The notes under the pieces are model-generated. The model saw only the letters and a program-made list of their open reading frames with translations. It made no database searches and had not been told where the DNA came from. From Flavobacteriaceae bacterium (GTDB taxonomy: Bacteria; Bacteroidota; Bacteroidia; Flavobacteriales_C; GCA-002722245): a DNA stretch of 64,000 bases. Positions 28,600 to 37,790 of the stretch are shown here, piece by piece. The DNA lies in NCBI GenBank assembly GCA_964230605.1, contig CAXRIN010000046.1:11793-75792 (forward strand). Direction: 5' to 3'. The position numbers were made by a program, and so were the translations under genes. The stretch's first letter is position 1; the number at the start of each line of letters is the position of its first letter.

Positions 28600-30321
28600 T
28601 TGCGCAACTTTATATCATTAGAATTTGCAGTGGAGTTATCAAGTAAAGTAGCGGTAAGAGATTTAGTAGAGATTTGTGCTCAAAAAGGCATTAGGCATGT
28701 TGTGATTTCTCCAGGTTCCCGAAATGCTCCATTAACAATATCCTTTAACAGACATCCGAATTTCGAATGTCACACAGTTATAGATGAGCGCTGCGCCGCT
28801 TTTTTTGCAATGGGAATGGCTCAGCAACTTAAAGAACCTGTTGCAATTTGTTGTACATCAGGATCAGCGGCATTGAACTATGCACCAGCTATTGTTGAAG
28901 CATATTATCAAAAAATACCGCTTTTAGTTTTAACCGCCGACCGTCCGAAAGAATGGGTGGATCAAATGGATGGACAAACAATTCGTCAGTCTAATATTTA
29001 CGCTAATTATATAAAAGGTTCTTTCGATTTTCCAGTTGAAGTGGAAAGTGATTCAGATCGATGGTATGCGCAAAGAATAGCCAATGAGGCAATTGAATTA
29101 ACTCAATTTCCCGAAGCAGGCCCAGTTCATATCAATCTTCCTTTCAGTGAGCCATTGTATGAGGTTAAAGATTATTCTGGAGAAGAAGCTCCAAAAATTT
29201 TCTCAACAACAAAAACCAAGTTGGAGTTACCTGAGGTTGAAATTGAACAACTTCAAAAAGATTGGTCTTCTTTTGATAAAATATTAGTTATAACAGGATT
29301 GCTTCATCCGAATGAAGAATTAAATGTAGCCCTGAATCAATTATCAAATCAGGAAAATGTTGCCCTCCTTACCGAAACTACATCGAATGTGTTTGGTGAG
29401 AAATTTAACAGAAGTATTGATCGTTTGATTGTTGGAATAGAAGGAGAGGAAGAAAAATATAAACCAGATTTATTAGTTACTCTAGGAGGTCCTGTGGTTA
29501 GTAAAAAAGTGAAGAGTTTTTTAAGAGAGCATAAGCCTCTGGAGCATTGGCATATTAATGCTTCAAACGATTCAGTTGATACATATCAGGCTCTAACAAA
29601 AATTATCCCTTTATCACCAGAGAAAATTCTACCTTTTTTAAAAGGAAGTAAGCATTCAAACTACAGAGATAATTGGCTTGAAAAAGATGCTGTTTTGCAA
29701 AAAGTTTATAATGACTTCTTAGTTGATATTGAGTTTTGTGATTTAAAGGCTTTTGAAATTATTTTCAATGCAATACCGGAAAAAAGTCAAGTTCAGTTAG
29801 CCAACTCAACTGTTGTTCGATACAGTAATCTTTTTGATCAACCATCGTTAAAGCGACTCAAGTGTTTTAGCAATCGAGGAACAAGTGGAATTGATGGTAC
29901 AATAAGCACAGCCGTTGGAGCCGCAAAAGCAAATCCTAATGAAATAGTTACCGTAATCACAGGTGATTTATCCTTTTTCTATGATTCAAATTCTTTATGG
30001 ATTTCTCCGTTCCCGAACAATTTGAAAATTATTCTAATCAACAATAAAGGAGGGAGCATATTCAGAATTATTGATGGCCCCTCTAAAATCAATGAATTAG
30101 AAAAATTCTTTGAGGTACAACACAATCTAAATGCGGAATTTATAGCTAAAACTTTTAGTTTAGAATATCTATCAGTTAACTCAGGTTCGGCCTTATTAAA
30201 ATGTCTGGATGATGATTTTGTATTCTCTAAAAAGAGTTCTGTTTTAATAGAGGTTTTTACAGACAATGAATTAAATCCTGAGGTGTTGAAAAGCTATTTC
30301 AAAAAGCTAAGGTTAATTTAA
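28600..30321 (+). CDS. menD: 2-succinyl-5-enolpyruvyl-6-hydroxy-3-cyclohexene-1-carboxylate synthase (ThDP enzyme)
   Basis: 573 aa. MenD signature ISPGSRNAPLT and ThDP-binding GDLSFFYDSN. Sits between menF and menA. Confidence 0.85.
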   Translation: MRNFISLEFAVELSSKVAVRDLVEICAQKGIRHVVISPGSRNAPLTISFNRHPNFECHTVIDERCAAFFAMGMAQQLKEPVAICCTSGSAALNYAPAIVEAYYQKIPLLVLTADRPKEWVDQMDGQTIRQSNIYANYIKGSFDFPVEVESDSDRWYAQRIANEAIELTQFPEAGPVHINLPFSEPLYEVKDYSGEEAPKIFSTTKTKLELPEVEIEQLQKDWSSFDKILVITGLLHPNEELNVALNQLSNQENVALLTETTSNVFGEKFNRSIDRLIVGIEGEEEKYKPDLLVTLGGPVVSKKVKSFLREHKPLEHWHINASNDSVDTYQALTKIIPLSPEKILPFLKGSKHSNYRDNWLEKDAVLQKVYNDFLVDIEFCDLKAFEIIFNAIPEKSQVQLANSTVVRYSNLFDQPSLKRLKCFSNRGTSGIDGTISTAVGAAKANPNEIVTVITGDLSFFYDSNSLWISPFPNNLKIILINNKGGSIFRIIDGPSKINELEKFFEVQHNLNAEFIAKTFSLEYLSVNSGSALLKCLDDDFVFSKKSSVLIEVFTDNELNPEVLKSYFKKLRLI

Positions 30322-30336
30322 TGAGATCAAAAAAGT

Positions 30337-31230
30337 ATGATTAAAAAATGGTTGTCGGCTTTCAGGTTAAGAACACTTCCTCTTGCTTTTTCATGTATTA
30401 TAACCGGTAGTGCATTGGCAGATAAAAGAGGTGCTTTCGATTTACAGATTTTTATTTTAGCGATCATCACAACATTGTTTTTACAAATCCTGTCTAATTT
30501 GGCTAATGATTACGGAGATGCGCAAAAGGGGACTGATAATGAAAATAGAGTAGGCCCTACTAGAGCAATTCAATCAGGAGCAATTACAAAAAATCAAATG
30601 AAAAAGGCAATAGTTTTTTTTGTTATTTTGAGTCTAATAAGCGGTCTTTTCTTGGTTTTTTCTGCTTTTGACACAAGTTCATTACCGCAAGTTTTTTTAT
30701 TCATAGGTTTAGGGATTTTGTCAATTTTTGCTGCAATTAAATATACAGCAGGAAAGGGAGCTTATGGTTATAAAGGATTAGGTGATTTGTTTGTGTTTGT
30801 GTTTTTTGGAATAGTAGGAGTGGTAGGTACTTATTTGTTGTATGCACACCAATTAAGATTAAATGTATTCTTGCCAGCAATAACTGTAGGATTATTTTCC
30901 AGTGCTGTTTTGAATTTGAATAACATGCGTGATTGGGAGAATGATTCGGCTTCAGGTAAAAATACCGTAGTGGTGAAAATTGGACTTATAAAAGCTAAGT
31001 TGTACCATCAAATTATTATATGGATAGGAATGCTAAGTTCAGTGTCGTATGTTGTTCAAAGTCCATTTAAAATTATAAACTTAACTTTTGTAATAGCATT
31101 TATTCCTCTTGTAATGCATTTATTCAGAGTGAAAAAAATAGAGCATCCTAAAGATTTTGATCCAGAACTCAAAAAAGTAGCTCTTAGCACATTCCTGTTC
31201 TCTTTGTTATTTTGGGCTTCCAATTTATGA
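30337..31230 (+). CDS. menA: 1,4-dihydroxy-2-naphthoate polyprenyltransferase (UbiA family)
   Basis: UbiA-type motif NLANDYGDAQKGTD and a second Asp-rich region (NNMRDWENDSASGK). 297 aa with ~8 TM segments. Confidence 0.8.
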   Translation: MIKKWLSAFRLRTLPLAFSCIITGSALADKRGAFDLQIFILAIITTLFLQILSNLANDYGDAQKGTDNENRVGPTRAIQSGAITKNQMKKAIVFFVILSLISGLFLVFSAFDTSSLPQVFLFIGLGILSIFAAIKYTAGKGAYGYKGLGDLFVFVFFGIVGVVGTYLLYAHQLRLNVFLPAITVGLFSSAVLNLNNMRDWENDSASGKNTVVVKIGLIKAKLYHQIIIWIGMLSSVSYVVQSPFKIINLTFVIAFIPLVMHLFRVKKIEHPKDFDPELKKVALSTFLFSLLFWASNL

Positions 31231-31378
31231 TAACATCTATTAGTATGATACTTAAAACAAAGAATAAAAACTTTTAGAATCTACAATTAAGTTTTTTTTA
31301 AAAAAAACTATATTTACACTCTTCGAGTTAAACTTATTTAGTGCCTATTTAGCGGGGGCTGAATTCTTACAATCGAGC

Positions 31379-32326
31379 ATGAAAGAGCAAGAAATTCAAG
31401 AGGAGGTAGAATATTCTATTATAAGTCCAGTGTACGGCGCTGAAAAAATAGTTGGTGAGCTTGTTACACAGATTGAAAAATATATATCGCGTATTTCTGA
31501 TAGTTATGAAATCATTTTAGTGGAAGATAACTCTCCCGATGATTCTTGGAAAGAAATACAAAAGGTATGTCAAGAAAACACAAGAGTAAGAGGTGTTCGC
31601 TTGAGTAAAAATTTTGGACAGCATAAAGCTATATCTTGCGGTTTAGATTTATCTAAAGGGAAATATGTTTTTGTAATGGATTGTGATCTTCAGCATCACC
31701 CTAAGGATTTCAAACTTTTTGTTGATGCAATGAAGAGTAATGATATTGTTTATGGAATCCATTCAAAAAGGAAGCATTCATTTTTGAAAAATCTAACAGC
31801 TGGTATTTTTTATTATTTCTATAATCTGTTGTCAGATGTTAAACACGATTCTTTTGGCGGAGAGTTAAGCAATTTTGTGTTAATGAAGCGGAAGGTTGTA
31901 AATTCTCTTTGTCAAATAAGAGAAGAGAATTCCCATTTTTTATTGAATCTAAGATTAATAGGTTTTAATTATTCTATAGTAGAAATAGAGCATTTAGTGC
32001 GGTACGAAGGGAAAAGTTCCTACAAGTTAAAAAAGTTAATTACGCATGCGGTTGATGGGTTGACGGCTCACTCAGCAAAGATTTTATACCAATCCATATA
32101 TCTGGGATTAATATTGTTTTTAATAAGTATAATTTTCGGATCATATGTTTTGTTAAAGTTTTTTATAAATGGGTCTATACCAGGATATACTTCAATCATT
32201 TCGATTATGATATTTCTTGCAGGTATAATTTTATTTATGCTTGGAATAACAGGTTTGTATATTGGTAAAATTTTCACTCAAGTAAAAAACAGACCTCTTT
32301 ATCATATTAATGAAATTTTAAATTAA
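31379..32326 (+). CDS. GT2 polyprenyl-phosphate glycosyltransferase (GtrB/ArnC/DPM1-like, catalytic domain + two C-terminal TM helices)
   Basis: GT2 motifs (SIISPVYG, VEDNSPDDS, VMDCDLQH DxD-like). Two C-terminal TM helices, as in GtrB/ArnC enzymes that make Und-P-sugars. First gene of the long plus-strand operon. Confidence 0.65.
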   Translation: MKEQEIQEEVEYSIISPVYGAEKIVGELVTQIEKYISRISDSYEIILVEDNSPDDSWKEIQKVCQENTRVRGVRLSKNFGQHKAISCGLDLSKGKYVFVMDCDLQHHPKDFKLFVDAMKSNDIVYGIHSKRKHSFLKNLTAGIFYYFYNLLSDVKHDSFGGELSNFVLMKRKVVNSLCQIREENSHFLLNLRLIGFNYSIVEIEHLVRYEGKSSYKLKKLITHAVDGLTAHSAKILYQSIYLGLILFLISIIFGSYVLLKFFINGSIPGYTSIISIMIFLAGIILFMLGITGLYIGKIFTQVKNRPLYHINEILN

Positions 32327-32332
32327 AAGATT

Positions 32333-33139
32333 ATGGCTTCGTACGGATTTGATAAACAAAACTCTGACTCTGATATTATTAAGGAAAGTCTTAAGTTAAA
32401 TGGTTTTTACCTTTTAAAGGGGGTTTTAAATGATCAAGAGATTAAAACTATACGTGAAAAATTAGATTATTATTTAACAGTACAGGAATCAGAGTTTAGT
32501 CAGGATGAATTAAAGTCGATTAAAGAAGGAAATCAGTTGAGAGCTCCTTTACAATATGACGAAGTATTTCTGGATATGATTATGAAGCCTCAAATAGTTG
32601 ACTATGTTAAAAGTCAACTAGGAGATTATTACATACTTCATCAACAAAACTCAATTATTAATAAGCCTTCAACTGAGCATCATCAATCTGCATGGCATAG
32701 AGATTTACCGTATCAGAATTTAGTGATTTCCAGGCCTTTAGCTGTTAATGCTTATTATTGTATTGATGATTTTACACCAGAAACAGGCTCTACAATTTTT
32801 GTTCCACATACGCATAATGTTGAGTTTTACCCAAGTGAGGAATATCTTAAAGAAAACTCGGCTCAGTTAACTGCTGCTCCTGGAGATGTGATATTATTTG
32901 ATACTATGATTATTCATAAGGCCGGTTATAATAGTTCTAATCAAATAAGGAGAGGTATTAACAATATTTTCGCCAGACCAATTTTAAGACAACAATTGGA
33001 TTACAATGTGTTGTTAAAAGAAAAATATGCTAATCATTCTCCTGAGATAAAAAGAATGTTAGGTTTTGATTGTTCTGCTCCTTATTCGGTAAAAGAGTTT
33101 AGAGACAGACAGTTAGATAGACAAAAAAATAAAAAATGA
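32333..33139 (+). CDS. phytanoyl-CoA dioxygenase (PhyH)-family Fe(II)/2-oxoglutarate oxygenase
   Basis: AWHRDLPY (HxD), distal His in IIHKAG, and Arg near the C-terminus (IRRG). 268 aa. Confidence 0.65.
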   Translation: MASYGFDKQNSDSDIIKESLKLNGFYLLKGVLNDQEIKTIREKLDYYLTVQESEFSQDELKSIKEGNQLRAPLQYDEVFLDMIMKPQIVDYVKSQLGDYYILHQQNSIINKPSTEHHQSAWHRDLPYQNLVISRPLAVNAYYCIDDFTPETGSTIFVPHTHNVEFYPSEEYLKENSAQLTAAPGDVILFDTMIIHKAGYNSSNQIRRGINNIFARPILRQQLDYNVLLKEKYANHSPEIKRMLGFDCSAPYSVKEFRDRQLDRQKNKK

Positions 33140-33909
33140 AGGAGATACATATTGTTAAGGATATTGATGAACTTTTGAATGATTCGGCAAAGCTAGAGTC
33201 GTTAAAAGAGAAAATAGTTGATGACGATTTAGTAGTAATAAAAAACGTGATTGATAAAAGTTTAATTGCTGAACTAAAGAGTTATTTAGTGAATGTTGGA
33301 AGATCTTCTTTTCCTAATTATGAAAAAATAGAATTAGGAGCAAAAGATTTTCATAGGATTAATAATAATGATCCAAGAGCATATGTTAAAGGAACTTTTC
33401 ATCAGTTTGTGTTTTATCCTTGGAATCAGAATTATTTTAACCTTTTTGATCAATTTAAGAAAGCATACAGGGTGAAAAATTTATTAAGTAACATTGGTGA
33501 AGAGGAATTTCTTGATCCAAAGGAAGGTGATGATTTTACTGCAAGAATTGCTTTTCAGTTTTATCCTAAAGGAAATGGATTTTTAAATGAACACAGAGAT
33601 CCAGTAGATAGACACCAAATAGTTGTGCCAATATTAATCATGTCTGAAAAAGGAGATGAGTTTAATGAAGGTGGAGTGTATTTCAGATATGAAGATGACG
33701 AAAAAGTTTATGTAGAAGATTATACTCAAATTGGTGATGTAGCTTTCTTTAAAGCTTCTTTAAGACATGGAGTTGAGGATATTGATCCGGGAACTGATTC
33801 TAATTGGTTAGACTTTAAGGGTAGATGGATGGGCTTACTCGCTGTGAATAAATTTTTCAATGTAACATCTGTAGCTAATGCTGTTGATTTGAATTCCGAA
33901 AAAAAATGA
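33136..33909 (+). CDS. hypothetical protein, possible second Fe(II)/2OG-oxygenase (cupin) family member
   Basis: NEHRDPVD (HxD-like) and ...LRHGVEDI distal His with a spacing reminiscent of 2OG oxygenases. No other recognisable motif. 4-nt overlap with neighbours. Confidence 0.3.
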   Translation: MKEIHIVKDIDELLNDSAKLESLKEKIVDDDLVVIKNVIDKSLIAELKSYLVNVGRSSFPNYEKIELGAKDFHRINNNDPRAYVKGTFHQFVFYPWNQNYFNLFDQFKKAYRVKNLLSNIGEEEFLDPKEGDDFTARIAFQFYPKGNGFLNEHRDPVDRHQIVVPILIMSEKGDEFNEGGVYFRYEDDEKVYVEDYTQIGDVAFFKASLRHGVEDIDPGTDSNWLDFKGRWMGLLAVNKFFNVTSVANAVDLNSEKK

Positions 33910-34826
33910 GTGTTCTTTCGTGGGAAAAATTAGGGTTGGTTTTAGCTCCTTCTCAGGAAGTTAAATGGATGACAACATTTGCTAGTAGTACAGCTGTAAA
34001 AGTAGTGGATGAAAAGGAAGGACTTATTGATATTTTTGTTACTGGAAGGGATGATATGAATCGGAGTCTTATTGGCTGTGTGAAGTTTAATGTTTTTAAG
34101 CATGAGGTTATCGAAATCTCTAAGGAAGAGGTCCTTAATTTAGGTCCATTAGGAACTTTTGATGAAAACGGACAATCTTACCCTTCGTATTTATTTGATG
34201 GGGATAAAGAGTGTTTGTACTACACAGGTTGGTCTCCAAGTGTACTTACTCCTTTTCAGAATTTTGTAGGTTTAGGAGTAAGAAAAAAAGGAGAGGAAAA
34301 GTTTTGCAGATATTCAAACGCTCCTGTTTTAGATAGAAATAATGAAGATTATTCATCTATTGGTTCCTGTTATGTTTTAAAAAGTCAGGATCATTTTAAG
34401 ATGTGGTATACTGCATTTAGAAATTGGGAAAAAACAGAAAATGGTACAAGGCACTATTATCGAATAAAATATGCTCATTCAAAGGATGGCGTGAATTGGG
34501 AAAGAGATAATGCTGTATGTATTGATTTTGAAAGTGAAAATGAGTACGCAATAGCCAGACCAACTGTTTTTGAGTTGAATGGAGAATATAATATGATGTA
34601 TTGTTACCGTGGTGATAAATACAGATTAGGTTATGCTACTTCAAAGGATGGTATTAACTGGACAAGGAGGGATAATGATCTTATGTTTGTAGGGGATGAT
34701 TTAGAATTTGATTCATATGAAAGGAATTATCCAACTGTGTTTAGCTTAAACGGAGATCATTATTTACTTTATTCCGGAAATAATTATGGCGAAGCTGGCT
34801 TTGGAATAGCAAAACTTATAAAATGA
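33906..34826 (+). CDS. five-bladed beta-propeller protein of the GH43/GH32/GH130 superfamily (glycosidase/phosphorylase-like)
   Basis: Repeated blade motifs SKDGVNWER, SKDGINWTR and W-Y-T... patterns typical of this propeller clan. 306 aa, no signal peptide. Confidence 0.35.
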   Translation: MSVLSWEKLGLVLAPSQEVKWMTTFASSTAVKVVDEKEGLIDIFVTGRDDMNRSLIGCVKFNVFKHEVIEISKEEVLNLGPLGTFDENGQSYPSYLFDGDKECLYYTGWSPSVLTPFQNFVGLGVRKKGEEKFCRYSNAPVLDRNNEDYSSIGSCYVLKSQDHFKMWYTAFRNWEKTENGTRHYYRIKYAHSKDGVNWERDNAVCIDFESENEYAIARPTVFELNGEYNMMYCYRGDKYRLGYATSKDGINWTRRDNDLMFVGDDLEFDSYERNYPTVFSLNGDHYLLYSGNNYGEAGFGIAKLIK

Positions 34827-35602
34827 TACCATTATTTGACAGTCTTACACATCCTACTTTACAAGGAAATTGGCTTGATAGAGATACCGTAGCTACTTTT
34901 GAAGATTTGAAAAATCAAATGGATAAGAGTAATGTTTCTTTTGCTATAGCATGTGGCATAAATGGAAATGCTTACTCTCATGAAAGGTATTATTTAGAAT
35001 CAACTAAAATTAAGGGGCTCGTTCCAATTGCAAGATTAGATATGTCTGTTAAAGACATTGAGAAAGAAATTGAACGAATTTCCGAAATAGGTTTTAAAGG
35101 AATAAAAATTCATCCTAGGTTTGAAAATTTTGATTATTCAGAAGATATATTAGCAAGAGTCTTTATAAAATGTCAGGATTTAGGGATTGTTGTTCATTGG
35201 TGTTCTTTCTATTATTCTAAAATAGAGAATTACCCAAGTTTTGATCCTTATTTTTCTATAATAAGAACATTGAAAAAAGCTCCAAAAACTACATTAGTAA
35301 TTGTACACGGTGGGGTTCATGATATTATGAAATATGCTGAATTAGCAAGGTTTAATGATAATATTTTAATTGATTTATCTCTTACGCTTTTTCAGTATCG
35401 AAATACAACTCATTACCAAAATATTATCTTTCTTCTATCTAAAATTGACCGGAGACTTTGTCTGGGGTCAGATCATCCAGAAGTAAGTTTAATGCAATTA
35501 AGAGAGCAGTTTGATGAGTTTTGTGCTATGGATATACCAGTAGAAAAACTTTGGAACATTGGTATTCGAAATATTTCCAAAAAATATAATATTGAAATAT
35601 GA
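34823..35602 (+). CDS. amidohydrolase-2 (TIM-barrel metal-dependent hydrolase) family protein
   Basis: N-terminal FDSLTHPT (FDxHxH-like, degenerate) and C-terminal GSDHP motif typical of the Amidohydro_2 family. 259 aa. Confidence 0.45.
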   Translation: MIPLFDSLTHPTLQGNWLDRDTVATFEDLKNQMDKSNVSFAIACGINGNAYSHERYYLESTKIKGLVPIARLDMSVKDIEKEIERISEIGFKGIKIHPRFENFDYSEDILARVFIKCQDLGIVVHWCSFYYSKIENYPSFDPYFSIIRTLKKAPKTTLVIVHGGVHDIMKYAELARFNDNILIDLSLTLFQYRNTTHYQNIIFLLSKIDRRLCLGSDHPEVSLMQLREQFDEFCAMDIPVEKLWNIGIRNISKKYNIEI

Positions 35603-36801
35603 AAATTGCATTTTTAGGTGCTTCGGGAACTCAGTTATCGCCAATACAATATGCAGTTAGTAAAGGGTATGAAACAATAACTATTGATAATATTCCTTCT
35701 AATCCAGGACATCAACTTTCGGATAAGTATTTTAATGTTAGCATTACAGATAAGGAGAAGGTTTTAGAGATTTGCAGAACTGAAAATATTGATGGTGTTG
35801 TAGGATATGCTTCTGATTTAGCAAGTATAACCCAGGCATTTATAGCTAAAAAATTATTTTTAGTTGGTTCGGGAATTGAAACAAATTCAATTTTAGTAAA
35901 TAAAGATAAGTTTAGAGAATACTTAAAACAAGAAGAGCTTCAGGATATCTTTTTTCAAAAGATACATTTAAATGAGTTTGATAATTTGTTTGATATTGTA
36001 AAGTCGTTTCCAGAATCACATAAATTAATTATTAAGCCAACAGATTCGGCAGGGTCAAAAGGTGTTTATATTTTTAATGCTGGTGATTTTGATCAGGCTA
36101 TAGCAAAGGAAGCGTTTAACTTTTCAATATCGAAAACAATTATTATCGAAAGCTTTTTGGAAAAGCTTAAACCTCAGGTTTGTGGAGATGGATTTATGTA
36201 TGATAATAAATTGGCTTTTATAGATTATGGAGATGGTTATTTTCATGATTTTGAAAAATCTCCTGTTCCCTATGGAGAAACTTTTCCAGGGACACACTCA
36301 CCAGTGATTTATCAAAAAATAGGAGAAAAACTGGAAGAGATATTATGCAAATTGAATTATCAGGGACCGTTTAATTTTGATGTTTTTGTTTTAGCAAACG
36401 GAGAGATTTTTATTAATGAAATAGGACCAAGAAGCGGAGGGAATTTTATACCTGATATAATTGGATTGAAAAATGGATTTGACTTTGTAGGAGAAGTAGT
36501 TGAGTTCTTTTTGGGTAGGAAACCTAGCTTTCCTGAAGTTAATAACACTAGAGGTGTAGGCTCTTATATGATTCATAGTCATAATGAAGGTATTTATAAA
36601 GGAGTAATCCTACCGGACTCTTTAATGGTAAATGTGGTGAAAAAAAGGTTATTTATTAATCCTAATGATAAGGTTACTATGTTTCATTCGGGAAATCATT
36701 CTATAGGTAATTTAATATTGGAATTTACTTCTGTTAAGGACTTACCAGAGGTATTTAAAAATTTTTATGAAAGGATAGAAGTTCAGCTGTTAGATATTTA
36801 A
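35599..36801 (+). CDS. ATP-grasp domain ligase (carboxylate–amine ligase-like)
   Basis: 400 aa. Pre-ATP-grasp Rossmann-like N-terminus (KIAFLGASG). Central ATP-grasp features (IIKPTDSAGSKGV, E..I..EIGPRSGG). Confidence 0.5.
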   Translation: MKIAFLGASGTQLSPIQYAVSKGYETITIDNIPSNPGHQLSDKYFNVSITDKEKVLEICRTENIDGVVGYASDLASITQAFIAKKLFLVGSGIETNSILVNKDKFREYLKQEELQDIFFQKIHLNEFDNLFDIVKSFPESHKLIIKPTDSAGSKGVYIFNAGDFDQAIAKEAFNFSISKTIIIESFLEKLKPQVCGDGFMYDNKLAFIDYGDGYFHDFEKSPVPYGETFPGTHSPVIYQKIGEKLEEILCKLNYQGPFNFDVFVLANGEIFINEIGPRSGGNFIPDIIGLKNGFDFVGEVVEFFLGRKPSFPEVNNTRGVGSYMIHSHNEGIYKGVILPDSLMVNVVKKRLFINPNDKVTMFHSGNHSIGNLILEFTSVKDLPEVFKNFYERIEVQLLDI

Positions 36802-36825
36802 AACAGATTTGATTTGAACTAATAT

Positions 36826-36833
36826 TACTTTTG
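36826..36833 (+). promoter_or_regulatory. candidate Bacteroidota sigma-A -7 box (TACTTTTG = TAnnTTTG) ~93 nt upstream of wzm
   Basis: Exact match to the TAnnTTTG consensus in the 124-bp gap upstream of wzm. A TTTG is present ~12-17 nt upstream. Position-only evidence. Confidence 0.2.
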
Positions 36834-36925
36834 GGTTGAAAATTACCCTCAAAACCTCCTGTTATTAAAAAATATAAGGTAGTTTCCTTATTTCTTTTTA
36901 GTTTAGTCGAGCTAAAAGTTCTAAT

Positions 36926-37789
36926 ATGTCGGAATCCAAGTGGACTGAAATTATTTTCCCAAAGAGGTCTTTAGGAGCACTAAATTTAAAAGAGTTATTT
37001 AAGTATAAGGATCTTATTTTACTTTTTGTAAAGAGGGATTTTGTAGCTTATTATAAACAAACAATTTTAGGTCCATTTTGGTATTTACTTCAACCAATAA
37101 TTCAAACAGTTATATATGCTTTAACTTTTGGAGCTGTATTTAATGTTAAAGAAGGTACGAGTATACCTTCGTTTTTATTTTTCTTGTCGGGAAATGTTAT
37201 GTGGTGGTATTTTGCTCAAAGTTTAGTGAAAACATCGAATACTTTTACTGAAAATGCTCATATATTCGGTAAGGTTTATTTTCCTAGGTTAACAGTTCCT
37301 GTGTCTGTTTTGATATCTAATATGATAGGGTTTGGAATCCAGTTTTCATTATTTATTGTAGCGTATCTGTTCTTTATTTTTGGAAAAGGAATGGATTTTT
37401 ATCCAAGTATTAAAGGGTTGTTATTTTTTCCCATAATTATTCTTAATATGGCAATATTAGGACTTGGATTAGGTTTGATAATATCTTCGTTAACAACAAA
37501 GTATAAGGATTTTAAACATTTTGTAGGATTTGGAGTACAGTTATTGATGTTTGCGTCTCCTGTAATATTTCCTTTACAAGTAGCTGAAAGTAAGTTTGGA
37601 GCGTTTGCTAAATTGATCCAATATAATCCGATGACACCAATTATTAGAAGTTTCAGAGCTTCGTTTTTTCCTGATTTTGTATTTAATTACGAGGATTTAC
37701 TGTACAGTGGAATATGTGCGGTAGTATTTTTCTTATTTGGCGCCTTTTTGTTCAATAAGACGGAGCAAAACTTTATGGATACGGTATAA
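36926..37789 (+). CDS. ABC-2 type polysaccharide export permease (Wzm/KpsM/NodJ-like)
   Basis: 287 aa. 6 TM segments with the ABC-2 arrangement. Immediately followed by the Wzt ATPase. Confidence 0.8.
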   Translation: MSESKWTEIIFPKRSLGALNLKELFKYKDLILLFVKRDFVAYYKQTILGPFWYLLQPIIQTVIYALTFGAVFNVKEGTSIPSFLFFLSGNVMWWYFAQSLVKTSNTFTENAHIFGKVYFPRLTVPVSVLISNMIGFGIQFSLFIVAYLFFIFGKGMDFYPSIKGLLFFPIIILNMAILGLGLGLIISSLTTKYKDFKHFVGFGVQLLMFASPVIFPLQVAESKFGAFAKLIQYNPMTPIIRSFRASFFPDFVFNYEDLLYSGICAVVFFLFGAFLFNKTEQNFMDTV

Positions 37790-37790
37790 T

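Noticed and set aside
31231-31378. Possible sigma-A -7 box TATATTTAC upstream of the GtrB-like GT2
   Set aside because: Mismatch at the final G of the TAnnTTTG consensus and no clear -33 TTG at appropriate spacing. Too weak to list as a feature.
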